The notes below the pieces were generated by a model that did not search any database, was not told where the DNA came from, and saw only the letters and a program-made list of their open reading frames with translations. Shown piece by piece: positions 19,653 to 30,381 of a stretch of DNA of 64,000 bases. This DNA is from Candidatus Hodarchaeota archaeon (GTDB lineage Archaea; Asgardarchaeota; Heimdallarchaeia; Hodarchaeales; Hodarchaeaceae). The stretch is taken from NCBI GenBank assembly GCA_016839815.1, contig JAEOTM010000204.1, positions 49,640-113,639 on the forward strand, read 5' to 3'. Each line of letters begins with the position of its first letter. Position 1 is the first letter of the stretch. A program made the translations under genes and the position numbers.

Positions 19653-21620
19653 TTATTCTGAAGACTGATACGAAAGGTGTACTAATCTTTTTGCTTTTAC
19701 AAGGTATTCTTCGACTTGTGCTTGGACAAGACGCTCTTTGAGGGGGGCGTTATCTTTTATCAAGCGCTCCCACATACTTAATTGAGTCGTTAAAGTAGAT
19801 TCTTCTGCAATGACTCTGTTAAGAAGAAGTCGAAGGTTATTCTCTTCAGCAGTAATCTTCGCCTGAGCTAGAAACTGCATAGCTTTCGTTGGAAACCCCT
19901 CAATTAATGCTAATTTCGCTTGAAGGATTACAACATCAACCAACAAGGGAAAGGAATGTTGTTCCTGCGCAGCCGTAGCAAGATCAGTGATCAGCTTTTT
20001 AACGTCTAGAAAAACTTCATTTACATCTGTTATATCAATAGAGGCGGATCTGAGCTCAAACAAGAGCAGCTCACAGAGATTCAATACAGCAATTTTCTTA
20101 GAATCAGCAAGATAATTCAGGAGGTTGACTTGTATGTTTGGGTTATCGATTATTTCCTGAAGTAATTCTTGAGCTCGGGCTTTATCTTTGATTCGAATAC
20201 TTGTTTTCAAAATTAAGGCTTCAGCAAGTTTATACCACTGATCAAGAAATTCTTGACTCTGGGGATTCGATTGATAGTATTGAGTAAACATTGCAAAATA
20301 ATTCTTAGCCTCTGTGACGTCTCCATTATCGAGCATCACTAAAATCACCTCAAAAAAAGCTAATCCTTCTGTTTCCTTCCCAAAACGGAGTACTCTATGT
20401 TCTAATTCTTTTAAACATCTCTTATAATAAGTCAATGCAATGGAGTTATCACCTTTCGATCGATAAACACGGCCAATATGAAGAAAAGTTTGACAAAAAT
20501 AAAAATCATCATGAATGCTTTCCAATAAGGGAAGAGCTTTTTGGAAATTATGAAGAGCAGAATCTAAGTTACCTTTGAGGTGATAAAGATTACCCATATC
20601 AAGCAATGTCCAACAATGCACAATTGGTCGTCCATTGCATTTATAAATTACTTCACTACATTTATAATACTCCAAAGCTTTGTTAAAGTCCCCTTTGGCA
20701 TATTGGTGTAAATCTCCAAGAAGGTGCCAACATAGTTGTGTCCCATCAGTGTCCTCCAACTCCTCACAAACACGAAGACTCTTTTGAATCGATACAATAG
20801 AGTTCTCAGTTTCTCTGATATTATGAAAAAACATCCCTATTCCAAAATATACTCGAGCACTGCGAAAAGATTGTTGTATTCCATCAATTAGCTTTTGACT
20901 TCTCTTAATATAATCAACAGCCGCATTTAGATCCTCCAAATCCTGATAGGTATAAGCAAAATTAAGAAAGGTTTCAGCTAATCCTTCTTGATCATGAAGC
21001 GACTTATTAAGGGTCACACACTCTTGTAGAACAGATAATCTTTGCTTATTTTTGGAGCTCAATCCCAAAGCAGTTGAATAATCAAGAAGGACTTGGATTA
21101 ACTCCAATTTCTTATCTAGTGCCTTATAGTGTGATATACTAATTTGAAACGCCTTTTCTGCACGATTACGTTCTCCTAAAGCTCGGTATATAAGCCCCTT
21201 ATTCCTCTGTAAAATTGCAGTCCGATTTGATCTCTCTTGGGAGGTAAGATTTGAAATACGATCAAGAAGCTGCTCTCCCTCTTCCACAAGCTGTAAGTCC
21301 TGTATTAGCTTCTTTCTAGCATAGGTAGAGAAAAAGTGCTTAGCTAATCTTAGCGATTCAATTTTTGTAATAAGAGCATCTAGCAAAAATAACAGGTCCC
21401 CCGAGTGTTGTTCCCGTACTAAGAATAACGTATTATCTGCTAAATCAAGCCCATCTTCACTTTTGCCAATATTGCCCAGGATCTCACTCTTCAGAAGTTG
21501 ACAAATCAAATCCTCTTGAAATTCAAGGTTAGCAGTTTTTAACGTATCATTAACTGCTACTAAGGCCTCTTGGAAGAGATTCTGATCAATCAGCTTTTTG
21601 ATGTTCTGGTGACTCTCCAT
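19653..21620 (-). CDS. Tetratricopeptide repeat protein
   Basis: Repeated TPR units (LGDLH..KGDFNKALEYY, MGNLYHLKGNLDSAL, IGRVYRSKGDNSIALTYY); C-terminus paralogous to 2..1108. Confidence 0.9.
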   Translation of the reverse strand: MESHQNIKKLIDQNLFQEALVAVNDTLKTANLEFQEDLICQLLKSEILGNIGKSEDGLDLADNTLFLVREQHSGDLLFLLDALITKIESLRLAKHFFSTYARKKLIQDLQLVEEGEQLLDRISNLTSQERSNRTAILQRNKGLIYRALGERNRAEKAFQISISHYKALDKKLELIQVLLDYSTALGLSSKNKQRLSVLQECVTLNKSLHDQEGLAETFLNFAYTYQDLEDLNAAVDYIKRSQKLIDGIQQSFRSARVYFGIGMFFHNIRETENSIVSIQKSLRVCEELEDTDGTQLCWHLLGDLHQYAKGDFNKALEYYKCSEVIYKCNGRPIVHCWTLLDMGNLYHLKGNLDSALHNFQKALPLLESIHDDFYFCQTFLHIGRVYRSKGDNSIALTYYKRCLKELEHRVLRFGKETEGLAFFEVILVMLDNGDVTEAKNYFAMFTQYYQSNPQSQEFLDQWYKLAEALILKTSIRIKDKARAQELLQEIIDNPNIQVNLLNYLADSKKIAVLNLCELLLFELRSASIDITDVNEVFLDVKKLITDLATAAQEQHSFPLLVDVVILQAKLALIEGFPTKAMQFLAQAKITAEENNLRLLLNRVIAEESTLTTQLSMWERLIKDNAPLKERLVQAQVEEYLVKAKRLVHLSYQSSE

Positions 21621-21774
21621 TTAATCCAAACTAGATCTGATACCAGTATTTTAACTTATCAATCACAACTCTCTAGAAGAATTAAAATCTGACTCTAATT
21701 GTTAAAAGGAAATATCCTAAATGTGAGGAGAGATTCTATGATCTTAAAAAACCATCGTGGACAAAAAATTAGAT

Positions 21775-22350
21775 TTAGATCTGCTTTCTAATTTCATTAA
21801 AGGCCTTAGACACCGAATCATCCATTAAAGTGGTTTTATATGTTATAAAAGACTCTAGTATTCCTTCTCTAAAGAAAGATTCCAGTTTTTCCAATTTGTC
21901 ATTCCTATTTTCATACTCAAGCTTATCAGTACAGTGTAGAAACAAAAAAATCTTAGCGTGAGGGGAAACACGATTTCTACACGCAATAACATTCTGAAAA
22001 AACTTCTGGGTTTTTTCTATCTCGAGTTGATCAGAACAACTCGAATCAACGACGTAAATAAGAGCAATACTGGTTTGGAACCATGATTCACAGGGAACCA
22101 TCCAATCCTGCATAAGGGAAATACTTCCCCCTAAATCAATTAGATCAATTTCCCGATTGTTGAAGCGTATGCGATTGATATTTAGACCATGAGTTATCGG
22201 AATTTCCAGCTGTAAAACCCTTTGAGGACCTCTACCCTGAAAAACTAGCATAATCGACGTTTTTCCGGGATGGCCTAGTCCCAATACAATTATTCTTTCA
22301 TCACTGAAAGGTATTCCTTTCCCGATTAGCTTCACCTTTCCTTTAGTCAA
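21775..22350 (-). CDS. Arf/Rag-like small GTPase
   Basis: GLGHPGKTS (G1), ITHG (G2), DLGG (G3), IYVVDS, HCTD (G4 variant). Confidence 0.8.
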   Translation of the reverse strand: MTKGKVKLIGKGIPFSDERIIVLGLGHPGKTSIMLVFQGRGPQRVLQLEIPITHGLNINRIRFNNREIDLIDLGGSISLMQDWMVPCESWFQTSIALIYVVDSSCSDQLEIEKTQKFFQNVIACRNRVSPHAKIFLFLHCTDKLEYENRNDKLEKLESFFREGILESFITYKTTLMDDSVSKAFNEIRKQI

Positions 22351-22567
22351 AACAAGCTATCTATCTTTATTTCTGATACTCAATCTTATTTATCACTTCA
22401 ATTACTTCAGTTTTAATCGGCTTTCCAATGCGAACAGTGCATTGGGCTTTTGTGTCTCAGATAAAAATTTCATTGTAGATTCCGAGAGGATACAAGTTTT
22501 AAAAAGGTGGTCTTCTCACTCTTCAGAATATTGAGGATTCCTATCCTCAATAATAGAAGGTGATCGT

Positions 22568-23719
22568 ATGAAAAATTGTCCCAGTTGCAATTCTCAAGTG
22601 AGTACAAAAGATATTTTCTGTTCTAATTGTGGATATAACGTATTAACAACCGATGTTGTCACTCAAGCACACGAAATGCTCAAAAAAACAATAGATTTGA
22701 ATTTGACAACAATAGAAAAATTTAAAAACCTTCAAAATCAATTAAATGGTTTATCAACTATTCCAGATGAACTAAAAAATACAAAAGCCTATTTAAATTC
22801 ATTAAACGACTCCTTTATGAGTTCTCAAATACAACTTGACGAATTATCACAGATAAGAAAAGCAGAGGAGGAAGATGTCAAAAAACTAGAAAACCTCTCC
22901 GTGACCTCGCTAGTCGCAAGAATTAAAGGGAATAAAGACAAGCGACTAGAAAAAGAGCGATTAGAGTTATTAAATGCCCTGAACAAGGAAGAAACCGTTA
23001 AAAAGGAACATGAAAGATTAATAACTGTTATAAATAGCACCAAGTCCCAAGTTCAAGAATTAGAAAAATTAAGTTCAATAAAAGTGACTTTAGAAAAGGA
23101 CTTACGTAACCTTCTAGATGAAGTGTGTGAAGGGGTGGCTGATCCAGTCGAAGATGCGATTGAAAAGAAATTAAGGGAAGCAAAAAATAGTCTACAGCCA
23201 ATTGAACATCAACGGGGACGGATCATGAGAGCAAAAAATCATCTTGAGCATGCTATTGACAATCTTCACCTAGCAGAAAAAGAACTCGGGGGGGCAAGTG
23301 GGATGGCTACCTGGGACACATTTTTTGGTGGAGGGATGATTGCTGATTCCATCAAACATTCACGGATGTCTACTGCACGAGATAGAGTATATAGTGCCCA
23401 AACGAGCTTAAAACATGCCCAACGAGAATATCCAGATATTCCAGACATGAAAGGAGGTTACATTGAAGATATCTCATTCTTTTGGGACGGATTCATGGAT
23501 AACATCTTTAGTGATCTTTCAGCACGTGATAAGATAATGAGATCACGTCAGAGTGTGCAAGAGGCCTTAGACCACACCCAATCATCTTTGAACTATCTTA
23601 ATAAAGAAATTGACATGCTAAAGATAAATTTTGACAAAAAAAACAAGCAAATCACCGAACTTGAAGATCAATTATATCAAGAAAGGATTAGAATGATTCA
23701 AAAAGCCATCAATACGTAA
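22568..23719 (+). CDS. Zinc-ribbon plus long coiled-coil protein
   Basis: CPSC...FCSNCG at the N-terminus; heptad-rich body; WDTFFGGG motif. Confidence 0.7.
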   Translation: MKNCPSCNSQVSTKDIFCSNCGYNVLTTDVVTQAHEMLKKTIDLNLTTIEKFKNLQNQLNGLSTIPDELKNTKAYLNSLNDSFMSSQIQLDELSQIRKAEEEDVKKLENLSVTSLVARIKGNKDKRLEKERLELLNALNKEETVKKEHERLITVINSTKSQVQELEKLSSIKVTLEKDLRNLLDEVCEGVADPVEDAIEKKLREAKNSLQPIEHQRGRIMRAKNHLEHAIDNLHLAEKELGGASGMATWDTFFGGGMIADSIKHSRMSTARDRVYSAQTSLKHAQREYPDIPDMKGGYIEDISFFWDGFMDNIFSDLSARDKIMRSRQSVQEALDHTQSSLNYLNKEIDMLKINFDKKNKQITELEDQLYQERIRMIQKAINT

Positions 23720-23808
23720 GTCAGCTCTATAATAGTACCACTAACGATAAAATTTATGATTCTTCAGTAGATTATTATCCAAGGAAGTAGAACGTTAAGA
23801 GGTAAATT

Positions 23809-24780
23809 TTGGTGCACATTCCAGAAACTGTACTAGAATGGTTACTAGAGGATGAAAATCCCTCTGTCCGATATAGATGTATGCTAGAATTGCAGGATCG
23901 GCCAAAAACAGATGGAGTGGTTAAAAAAGTTAAAAATGAAGTAGATACGTCTCCAATAGTTCAGAATATATTACAGAAGATGCATCCAGAAGGATATTGG
24001 GAAGTGAAAAAACGAGATGGACGGATGATTGGAGCAGGAGTGGAATATGCAGACTGGAGTACCACACATTATGTCTTGAGTTATCTAGTAGAGCTAGGTA
24101 TGACAAAAGAGAATCCACAAGTGAAAAAAGCAGCAGACCGGTATCTTTCGCTCCAACAACCAGACGGAGACTTCTGGGATCATTTTTCGTGCTTGTACGG
24201 ACTAAATATCCGAACTTTCATCAAGCTAGGATATTTTGAGGATTCACGACTCCAAAAGACTATAAATTTGTTGAAAACAATGATTCGTGAGGATCAAGGC
24301 TATTTGTGCGATATGCATGAAGGAAAAAGGAAAACACGTCTAACCAAGAGCTGCTATCGAGGAACGGTTAAAGCGCTATTTGCCATCAGTGAACTGCCAG
24401 AGCTATGGACGGAAGTATATGCTCAGCGTTTAATCAACTACTTTCTTGATCGGAATATCCTTTTTAAAACAAAAAAACCTGCAGACTTTGTCACGAGAGA
24501 AACAGGGAAAACAATCTTTCCCTTTTCGTATCGAGCAGGACTTCTTGAAACTCTCTATGCCCTAGGAAGAATGGGGTATGGTGAAGATCCCCGTGTTTCC
24601 GCTGCTTGGAATCTTCTCCAAGAACATCGAACTTCGACTGGCAAATACGTGCTTGACTGGACTCCTGGCAAGACCACCAATCGTTATTTCTATCCAGGTC
24701 CAAAACAAACAGAAAACAAATGGGTAACATTTTATGCATATTTATGCTTAAGATACAAAGAAGAAGGCATTCAATCATAA
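23809..24780 (+). CDS. Alpha/alpha-barrel (prenyltransferase/squalene cyclase repeat-like) hypothetical protein
   Basis: WLLEDENPSVRY, HPEGYW, LQQPDGDF (QW-like repeats), NKWVTFYA. Confidence 0.7.
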   Translation: MVHIPETVLEWLLEDENPSVRYRCMLELQDRPKTDGVVKKVKNEVDTSPIVQNILQKMHPEGYWEVKKRDGRMIGAGVEYADWSTTHYVLSYLVELGMTKENPQVKKAADRYLSLQQPDGDFWDHFSCLYGLNIRTFIKLGYFEDSRLQKTINLLKTMIREDQGYLCDMHEGKRKTRLTKSCYRGTVKALFAISELPELWTEVYAQRLINYFLDRNILFKTKKPADFVTRETGKTIFPFSYRAGLLETLYALGRMGYGEDPRVSAAWNLLQEHRTSTGKYVLDWTPGKTTNRYFYPGPKQTENKWVTFYAYLCLRYKEEGIQS

Positions 24781-24868
24781 AATTCTAGGTTTCAGAAGGT
24801 TAATAATGAGGTTAACAAAACTCAGTGAAATTACTTTTGAAGTTACATAGAGCTTCAATTACAAAGGA

Positions 24869-25708
24869 ATGAGTTTAATGAGTTTAACAAAACAATTTGA
24901 TCTTAACAAGAAACTAATTGGCAGGAGTAGATGGGATTGGGCTGAAAAAAACCACAAAGAATTAGGGAAAATGCTTGAATACCAAGCATGTTTAGTACCT
25001 ACGCTTCCAGAAGATAAAGAAGAAAGGAAAAAATTCATCGCCGATCGTGATGACGAAATTATCCCCTTTGAGGAGGAGAAAAAGCGTGCATCGTTTTTCT
25101 TTAGTGCAAAACCGATACCTTCAAAAGAGACCTCCCATTTAACCAATTTATTCGGATATGCATGCCCCATAAAAATAGGATCAGGAAGGGGGATGAGAAA
25201 GTGGTATGTTAGCGAATATACCTACACAACCATTATTCCGTCCAAAATCGAGGAAATCATTCTTTTCGCGGTAAAAAGGGGATTCCGTACTCCATCAAGA
25301 GAGTTCTATCCTTATCCTTTTCCAGAAGAAATAGGCCAAGTTTCTATCACAGAGGATGATTTGTTCAGAGACGCAGAAGTAGGGTTTAGTTTTACAGATG
25401 CCTTGCACGCGCTTCGACTAACCTTAAGCATGAGGAAATCTACTTGGGGCAAAATTAAAGGTCAAAAATCACCTATTTCAACAGCATTAAATAAACATAA
25501 AAAACTCAAGGGAGAAGTGAGTCGTTTTCAGGCTCTTTCAAATGCTCCCAGCATAGGAGGAGTAGGGTTAGTAACCGAAGATCTGGGAATTAGTACCATT
25601 GTCATTCCTAGTGGAGAGCAGACAATAGTCCAAGTCGGATCGTTTAAGAAAGATCCTAAACGAGCGATCAAGGCCCTGAATTATCTAGCCGAATATGTAC
25701 AAATTTAG
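24869..25708 (+). CDS. Hypothetical protein
   Basis: 279-aa ORF followed by T-tract; no recognised motif. Confidence 0.6.
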   Translation: MSLMSLTKQFDLNKKLIGRSRWDWAEKNHKELGKMLEYQACLVPTLPEDKEERKKFIADRDDEIIPFEEEKKRASFFFSAKPIPSKETSHLTNLFGYACPIKIGSGRGMRKWYVSEYTYTTIIPSKIEEIILFAVKRGFRTPSREFYPYPFPEEIGQVSITEDDLFRDAEVGFSFTDALHALRLTLSMRKSTWGKIKGQKSPISTALNKHKKLKGEVSRFQALSNAPSIGGVGLVTEDLGISTIVIPSGEQTIVQVGSFKKDPKRAIKALNYLAEYVQI

Positions 25709-25837
25709 GGGAAATTTTTTTCCCAAGACCTCTTTTTTTTTCCATTACTTGTCTCTTGTACATTCTTCTCTAAGCACATATTTTTAAACTCCTTACAGTC
25801 ATTACCCAAAAACCATCAAATCACCGAAGGAATCCAA

Positions 25838-26488
25838 ATGGTTCTCTTGACAATCTTACATTATGACCCAACTGCATTTGATTATGCGTTTATTGATGTG
25901 ATGCACCTTCAAGGGGTAATTTATCCCCTTTTATTTCATCTATTCTTGGTTCAGTATGTATATCAGGATGTAGAGGAACCAAATTCATTTCAAGGGAAAT
26001 TTTGGACCGGATTAGTATTCTGTACCAATATTCTAGGACTTATCCTTTACTTTTTCATTACCAAAGAACAAACACTAAGTACACGGATAACAGCCGCATT
26101 TAGCATGATGAATGCATTCATTCTCTTACTTGTTGGTGACTTGTACTTTTTTGCAATTACTCCTTCCGTTGCGCAAGTATTTTTTGGACCGATTCCTTTA
26201 TTCTTCCAGTTTGTTATAATACTCATCATTCTTGGATCAGGTATATGTGCTTTGTGGATTGGGTTTCAGGTAATTGGAGGGAATTGTTCAGAAGCAGAAA
26301 TTCTTCATACACTTATTCTCGCAAGTATTGGTCTATTTCTAATCTGTATTACACTACCCACGGTGATTCAAACTCCATCAAGGGGTGGAGGATTTATTGG
26401 TGTAATTGGAGGTATGTGTCTCATCACTCCTATTTACACTCTTCTAGTTCGAGACGCTATTCGAACAAGGGAATATCAAGATGACTAG
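25838..26488 (+). CDS. Multi-pass membrane protein
   Basis: About 6 hydrophobic segments. Confidence 0.65.
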   Translation: MVLLTILHYDPTAFDYAFIDVMHLQGVIYPLLFHLFLVQYVYQDVEEPNSFQGKFWTGLVFCTNILGLILYFFITKEQTLSTRITAAFSMMNAFILLLVGDLYFFAITPSVAQVFFGPIPLFFQFVIILIILGSGICALWIGFQVIGGNCSEAEILHTLILASIGLFLICITLPTVIQTPSRGGGFIGVIGGMCLITPIYTLLVRDAIRTREYQDD

Positions 26489-26500
26489 ATTGGAATTGGA

Positions 26501-27190
26501 ATGAAAAATCTGAAAATACAGCTCCGAAAGAACTGGCAACAACGAGTCTTCCTCTTCGGGATGATTGGAAGCATTCAATTTCTTGTTCTTTCAGGAGTAG
26601 CTATAATTTTCTATCCAGGGAATTATTTATTCTTCAACGAACCTTTAAGCTACTTAGGATTCACACACATTGAAGGAGAATCAAATTTAATAGCAGGTTT
26701 TCTCTTTAATTCAAGTATGTTTCTATTAGGTATCTCAATAATCGCTTTATTTCCTAGTATGATTCCTTTTTTTAATTCAACAGTCCCTGAAAAATGGTTT
26801 AGTCTGGCAGGATCAATCTTCGCAATTTTTTCTGGAATCGCGATGGTAGGGGCCGCACTAACCCCAGGGGATATTAACTACGAGGCTCATATCCTTATTG
26901 CTCCTTATACCTTTTTATTCGGAATCCTCATGGTAGCATTCTTTACTGTGCCAATGATTCTAAATAAGGATTATCCAAGACAATATACACTCGTAGCAAT
27001 TAGCTATGTGTTTATTATGATGATCTGTTTAAGCCTGCTGTCCCTTGGCCCCGCATATGACACTCCAGAAGGGCAAACATTTCAAGTCACTACTCAAAAA
27101 CTCGCAATCTATTGGGAAGTCCTAACATTATTTGTATTATCCTTGGGAGGTCTAAGATACACAGCTCCCTCACATTCCGACATAATTTGA
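26501..27190 (+). CDS. DUF998-like membrane protein
   Basis: YPGNY.FFNEPLSYLG...FNSSM...H...QKLAIY; 5-6 TM helices. Confidence 0.7.
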   Translation: MKNLKIQLRKNWQQRVFLFGMIGSIQFLVLSGVAIIFYPGNYLFFNEPLSYLGFTHIEGESNLIAGFLFNSSMFLLGISIIALFPSMIPFFNSTVPEKWFSLAGSIFAIFSGIAMVGAALTPGDINYEAHILIAPYTFLFGILMVAFFTVPMILNKDYPRQYTLVAISYVFIMMICLSLLSLGPAYDTPEGQTFQVTTQKLAIYWEVLTLFVLSLGGLRYTAPSHSDII

Positions 27191-27388
27191 AGTTTTTAGG
27201 GGAAATTACTAGGAATATCGGCATAAACAGTATGGAAAATCCCAAGGATGCTTCCACTGTCTGGCCAGTAGTCATCTACAGGATAGTGGAGGTGTAACTC
27301 CTCCTGTCCAGAAATCTTTTCAATGAGTTGTCTGATAATATTTGTCATAGTTATATTCTCAAAGTGCTAGATGAATGAGGATTGATGG

Positions 27389-27856
27389 ATGAAATTAACA
27401 GACCATATATTCATTAAAGTAAATGAGACGAAAGACTTGGTTCTGGTTGAAACAACTTCAGGGATGACAAAACTGGATGCGTCAAGTTTAAATAAACTAA
27501 TGATGGCTTTAAAGCCGCTTTATTTTGAAATCAATCCATTATCCCGGCTTCTGTGGCAATTAATCAAACAACCTCAACCTGAACTAGTAGAGAGAATTTT
27601 GGGTCATTTTGAATCCGATCCAATGGTTTCTGAACGCCTTCAGGGGTATTTAACCTACTTAGAAAACCAAATCAGCAAGCAATTATCATTAATTGAACCC
27701 CAAGATAGCAATGCAGCTGTTCTTGATGAGGAGGATGAGAGGTCTATGAGATATTGGGAATCAAGACGGCAGAGAGTAGTGCAAGCAAAAAGCCAGTGGC
27801 TTAGAAAACAAGACTCAGAGGAGTTACTGACAATTTTAGCGCCAAATCTACCTTAA
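27389..27856 (+). CDS. Hypothetical protein
   Basis: 155-aa ORF with GAGGA upstream. Confidence 0.6.
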   Translation: MKLTDHIFIKVNETKDLVLVETTSGMTKLDASSLNKLMMALKPLYFEINPLSRLLWQLIKQPQPELVERILGHFESDPMVSERLQGYLTYLENQISKQLSLIEPQDSNAAVLDEEDERSMRYWESRRQRVVQAKSQWLRKQDSEELLTILAPNLP

Positions 27857-28118
27857 CTCTGACTTATATTAGGATTCTAAAAATAGGGGGAGGGAAAAAC
27901 TCAACCTATAAAAGAGATGGGAGGATTGGGTGAGGGAAAATGAATAATTAATACACAACTTCTATGCAAGCTACGTACTATTCTTAAAGTTATTAAAAAA
28001 ATCGAAAATTACGTTTCAGAGAATAATTGAAAGGAGAATCAAAGAGCATTTAAGATTAGGAGACAATTCAAACCCTCCTATTCTAGAGAAAAAAAAGAGA
28101 GAAGGAGCAGAAACCTAA

Positions 28119-29147
28119 GTGGAAAATCTTCAATACAATAATTCAACCTCAAGATGCATACGGTGTGGAAAAAGTATAGGAATCTCAAGGAGTTTCGAAA
28201 AACAACGTCTATATTATTGTTCCCTTCAGTGTAATTTAAGGAGTTTATGGATTGGATATCTTTTTTTTGGATATTTTGGCTTCATTTGGAGTGAGGCCTC
28301 GTTTGAACGAATTAGCTCGAAATCCACTCTTGATATGTTCGGTATTTGGGAAGGTACTTTTCATTTTGGTTTAAACTTAATTTCCCTCTTACTGTTTGGA
28401 TGGGGAATTGTAGGTACGATCGTATTTTTTTTCTATCAGATCTACAATCGAATGGACTATCAATCAGATCCAAGAAATCAACACCAATTAGGACTCACCA
28501 CAGACCACAGACCAATATATCCGTTCATCCTTCATTCTGGGGGAAAACAAATATTCATATTGATTTTTATCTTGGTTTTCTATTTCATTCTCGATTGGAA
28601 CCTACTTTCAGTAATCACACGAAATAACCTCGTCAATCTTATGCCGAAATCGTGGGAAGTGTCTTCATTGGATGGTTCGATACCCACTTTCCTTTTAAAT
28701 GCTCCTTTTCCATTTATTGAAGCATCGAGAAATACTCCAGGAATTCATTTTCCTGTAGCGAACGGTGATTACTTTTTTATTAAGTCCACCTCCTTACTGA
28801 TGGTTCCAGCAATAGTAATTCCTCTTATTGCAATTAGTAACGCGCGTACGGCTTGGAAAATGCCAACTATGTTTCTTATTTTCCTTCTTACCGTTTTTAT
28901 GAACATAATTCGGTTGCTAGTACTATTTACTCTTCTCCATCAGGCATTAACTACTGGTACTAATCCAGAAACTGCCTTTTACCAGATATTCGATGCTCCT
29001 CACACTCTAATTCTTGCGATCTTTCTTTTCCTGACGACCGGTGTTGTTGAGATTTTAGGTATTCCTCTTCTGGACAGTCTTGCGGAGTTGTTCCTGATTC
29101 CACGTGATTTGAGTAGCAGATTTTTCCGGTCAATTCGAGGGGACTAG
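28119..29147 (+). CDS. Exosortase/archaeosortase-like membrane protein with N-terminal Zn finger
   Basis: CIRCGK...YYCSLQC; C-terminal TM region with NIIR and downstream H (DAPH) as in exosortases; no Cys at the expected catalytic position. Confidence 0.55.
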   Translation: MENLQYNNSTSRCIRCGKSIGISRSFEKQRLYYCSLQCNLRSLWIGYLFFGYFGFIWSEASFERISSKSTLDMFGIWEGTFHFGLNLISLLLFGWGIVGTIVFFFYQIYNRMDYQSDPRNQHQLGLTTDHRPIYPFILHSGGKQIFILIFILVFYFILDWNLLSVITRNNLVNLMPKSWEVSSLDGSIPTFLLNAPFPFIEASRNTPGIHFPVANGDYFFIKSTSLLMVPAIVIPLIAISNARTAWKMPTMFLIFLLTVFMNIIRLLVLFTLLHQALTTGTNPETAFYQIFDAPHTLILAIFLFLTTGVVEILGIPLLDSLAELFLIPRDLSSRFFRSIRGD

Positions 29148-29216
29148 AACCTACAGTGTTTAAATGTAGCCCCGCATCTCTCATAACCAAATAATTAATA
29201 TAACACAAGGAAAAAA

Positions 29217-29244
29217 GAAGTGACCACTAGACACAAGACCAGAA
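29217..29244 (+). repeat. Structured intergenic repeat, copy 1 (left segment only)
   Basis: GAAGTGACCACTAGACACAAGACCAGAA matches the left segment of copies at 29834, 44657, 46921. Confidence 0.8.
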
Positions 29245-29291
29245 CTACTCATAAATATATTAGTATAGCATCAATCAAGAAGCGATGAATT

Positions 29292-29816
29292 TTGAATAGG
29301 AGTCAAAAGGATAAGTATATAATTAGAGTTTCTCTATTAAGCCATCCTGAGGATCTATTACTCCCTTTAATCCGTGCATTGATTCAAAAATATAAAGGAC
29401 AAACAACAAATCATACATTTGAAGACTTAACTCTCACTGCTTCAACAATAAAGATCCGGGTGGCTAATAGAATTGTAAAAGTGATTCTAGTACAGCCTAT
29501 TGGTCGTGGATTCTTCAAAAAAATGTACGGTCATCACTTTCGATCTAGTGGAGCCATTATTGCATTTTCAAAAGATAAAAATGATTCATTTGAAGCATCA
29601 AGGGCCTTATACCAGCGTTTCAAGGATATCAATACTGCTGAGGTTCCAATTGCATTTGTGGGGATCCAAGAGTCACCTGATGACCTTGTTACTGATGAAG
29701 CCATTCAGCTGGAGGTAGGTACCTCTGAATTCTATTATTTTATTCAGCAGAATGATTTTGAAGTATTAGGGAAAATCCTCCTCTCCTTAGTAACAAAAAT
29801 CTTCACACCTGCTTAG
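29292..29816 (+). CDS. Highly degenerate Rab-like GTPase-fold protein
   Basis: KYIIRVSLL, IKIRVANRIVKVILV, GFFKKMYGHHFRSSGAIIAF, VPIAFVGI align to the Rab paralogs at 3409/60606; nucleotide-binding motifs lost. Confidence 0.6.
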   Translation: MNRSQKDKYIIRVSLLSHPEDLLLPLIRALIQKYKGQTTNHTFEDLTLTASTIKIRVANRIVKVILVQPIGRGFFKKMYGHHFRSSGAIIAFSKDKNDSFEASRALYQRFKDINTAEVPIAFVGIQESPDDLVTDEAIQLEVGTSEFYYFIQQNDFEVLGKILLSLVTKIFTPA

Positions 29817-29833
29817 CAGCAGTTATTCACAGA

Positions 29834-29977
29834 GAAGTGACCACCAGACATAAGACCAGAAGACTTATCTACACACTCTAATTGACTCCTTAAGGTTATT
29901 TTTCTGAGTTTGAAAAAAACGAGAAGACTGACCCTTTCCACGTTAATCTTGTATTATTAGTCCTTGTGTGATAGGAA
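29834..29977 (+). repeat. Structured intergenic repeat, copy 2
   Basis: GAAGTGACCACCAGACATAAGACCAGAA...GACTCCTTAAGG...AAACGAGAAGACTGACCCTTTCCAC...CCTTGTGTGATAGGA. Confidence 0.92.
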
Positions 29978-30381
29978 TGAGTTAGAAAATTAAATGGAAA
30001 TCCCATAAGCATTCAAAATTCCTTTTTTAAGGCGATATAGTATATACTAATTAATCGATATTTAGAGAGTACTAAGAACCACAAAAAGGACGTTATCCCC
30101 AATATTTTTACTTGTAAATGAGAGGACTGAAGAATTTCACATTCTAAAGTCCTTAAAATCATGTCTAGCATTGTAATCGGTCTCTATTGTAGAAAAAATA
30201 AGTTTCTATCGAGAAATGAAATGAGAATTCCGATTTAACACGCCTGACGTCCACATTCCACCTCTAGATGATTCCTTTTATTTTATCAAGTTCTTCAATA
30301 ATAATTTAAAGCTCTGTTGTGAAAAGTAAGGAATAAGTAGGTCAACCTCGCTGAAGCTGGCAGGCAAAGAGAGGGAAATAT

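Noticed and set aside
24869-25708. Possible toxin-like (ADP-ribosyltransferase) fold in the hypothetical protein
   Set aside because: Only vague S...E spacing; no convincing motif without a profile search.
29834-29977. Repeat as a canonical integron attC site or a MITE
   Set aside because: No RYYYAAC/GTTRRRY ends, no single end-to-end inverted repeat, no terminal inverted repeats or target-site duplications, and no intI or transposase in the window.
30116-30141. Possible extra degenerate core AAATGAGAGGACTGAAGAATTTCAC
   Set aside because: Only about 11 bp match exactly and the core stem is broken; not counted among the 13 copies.
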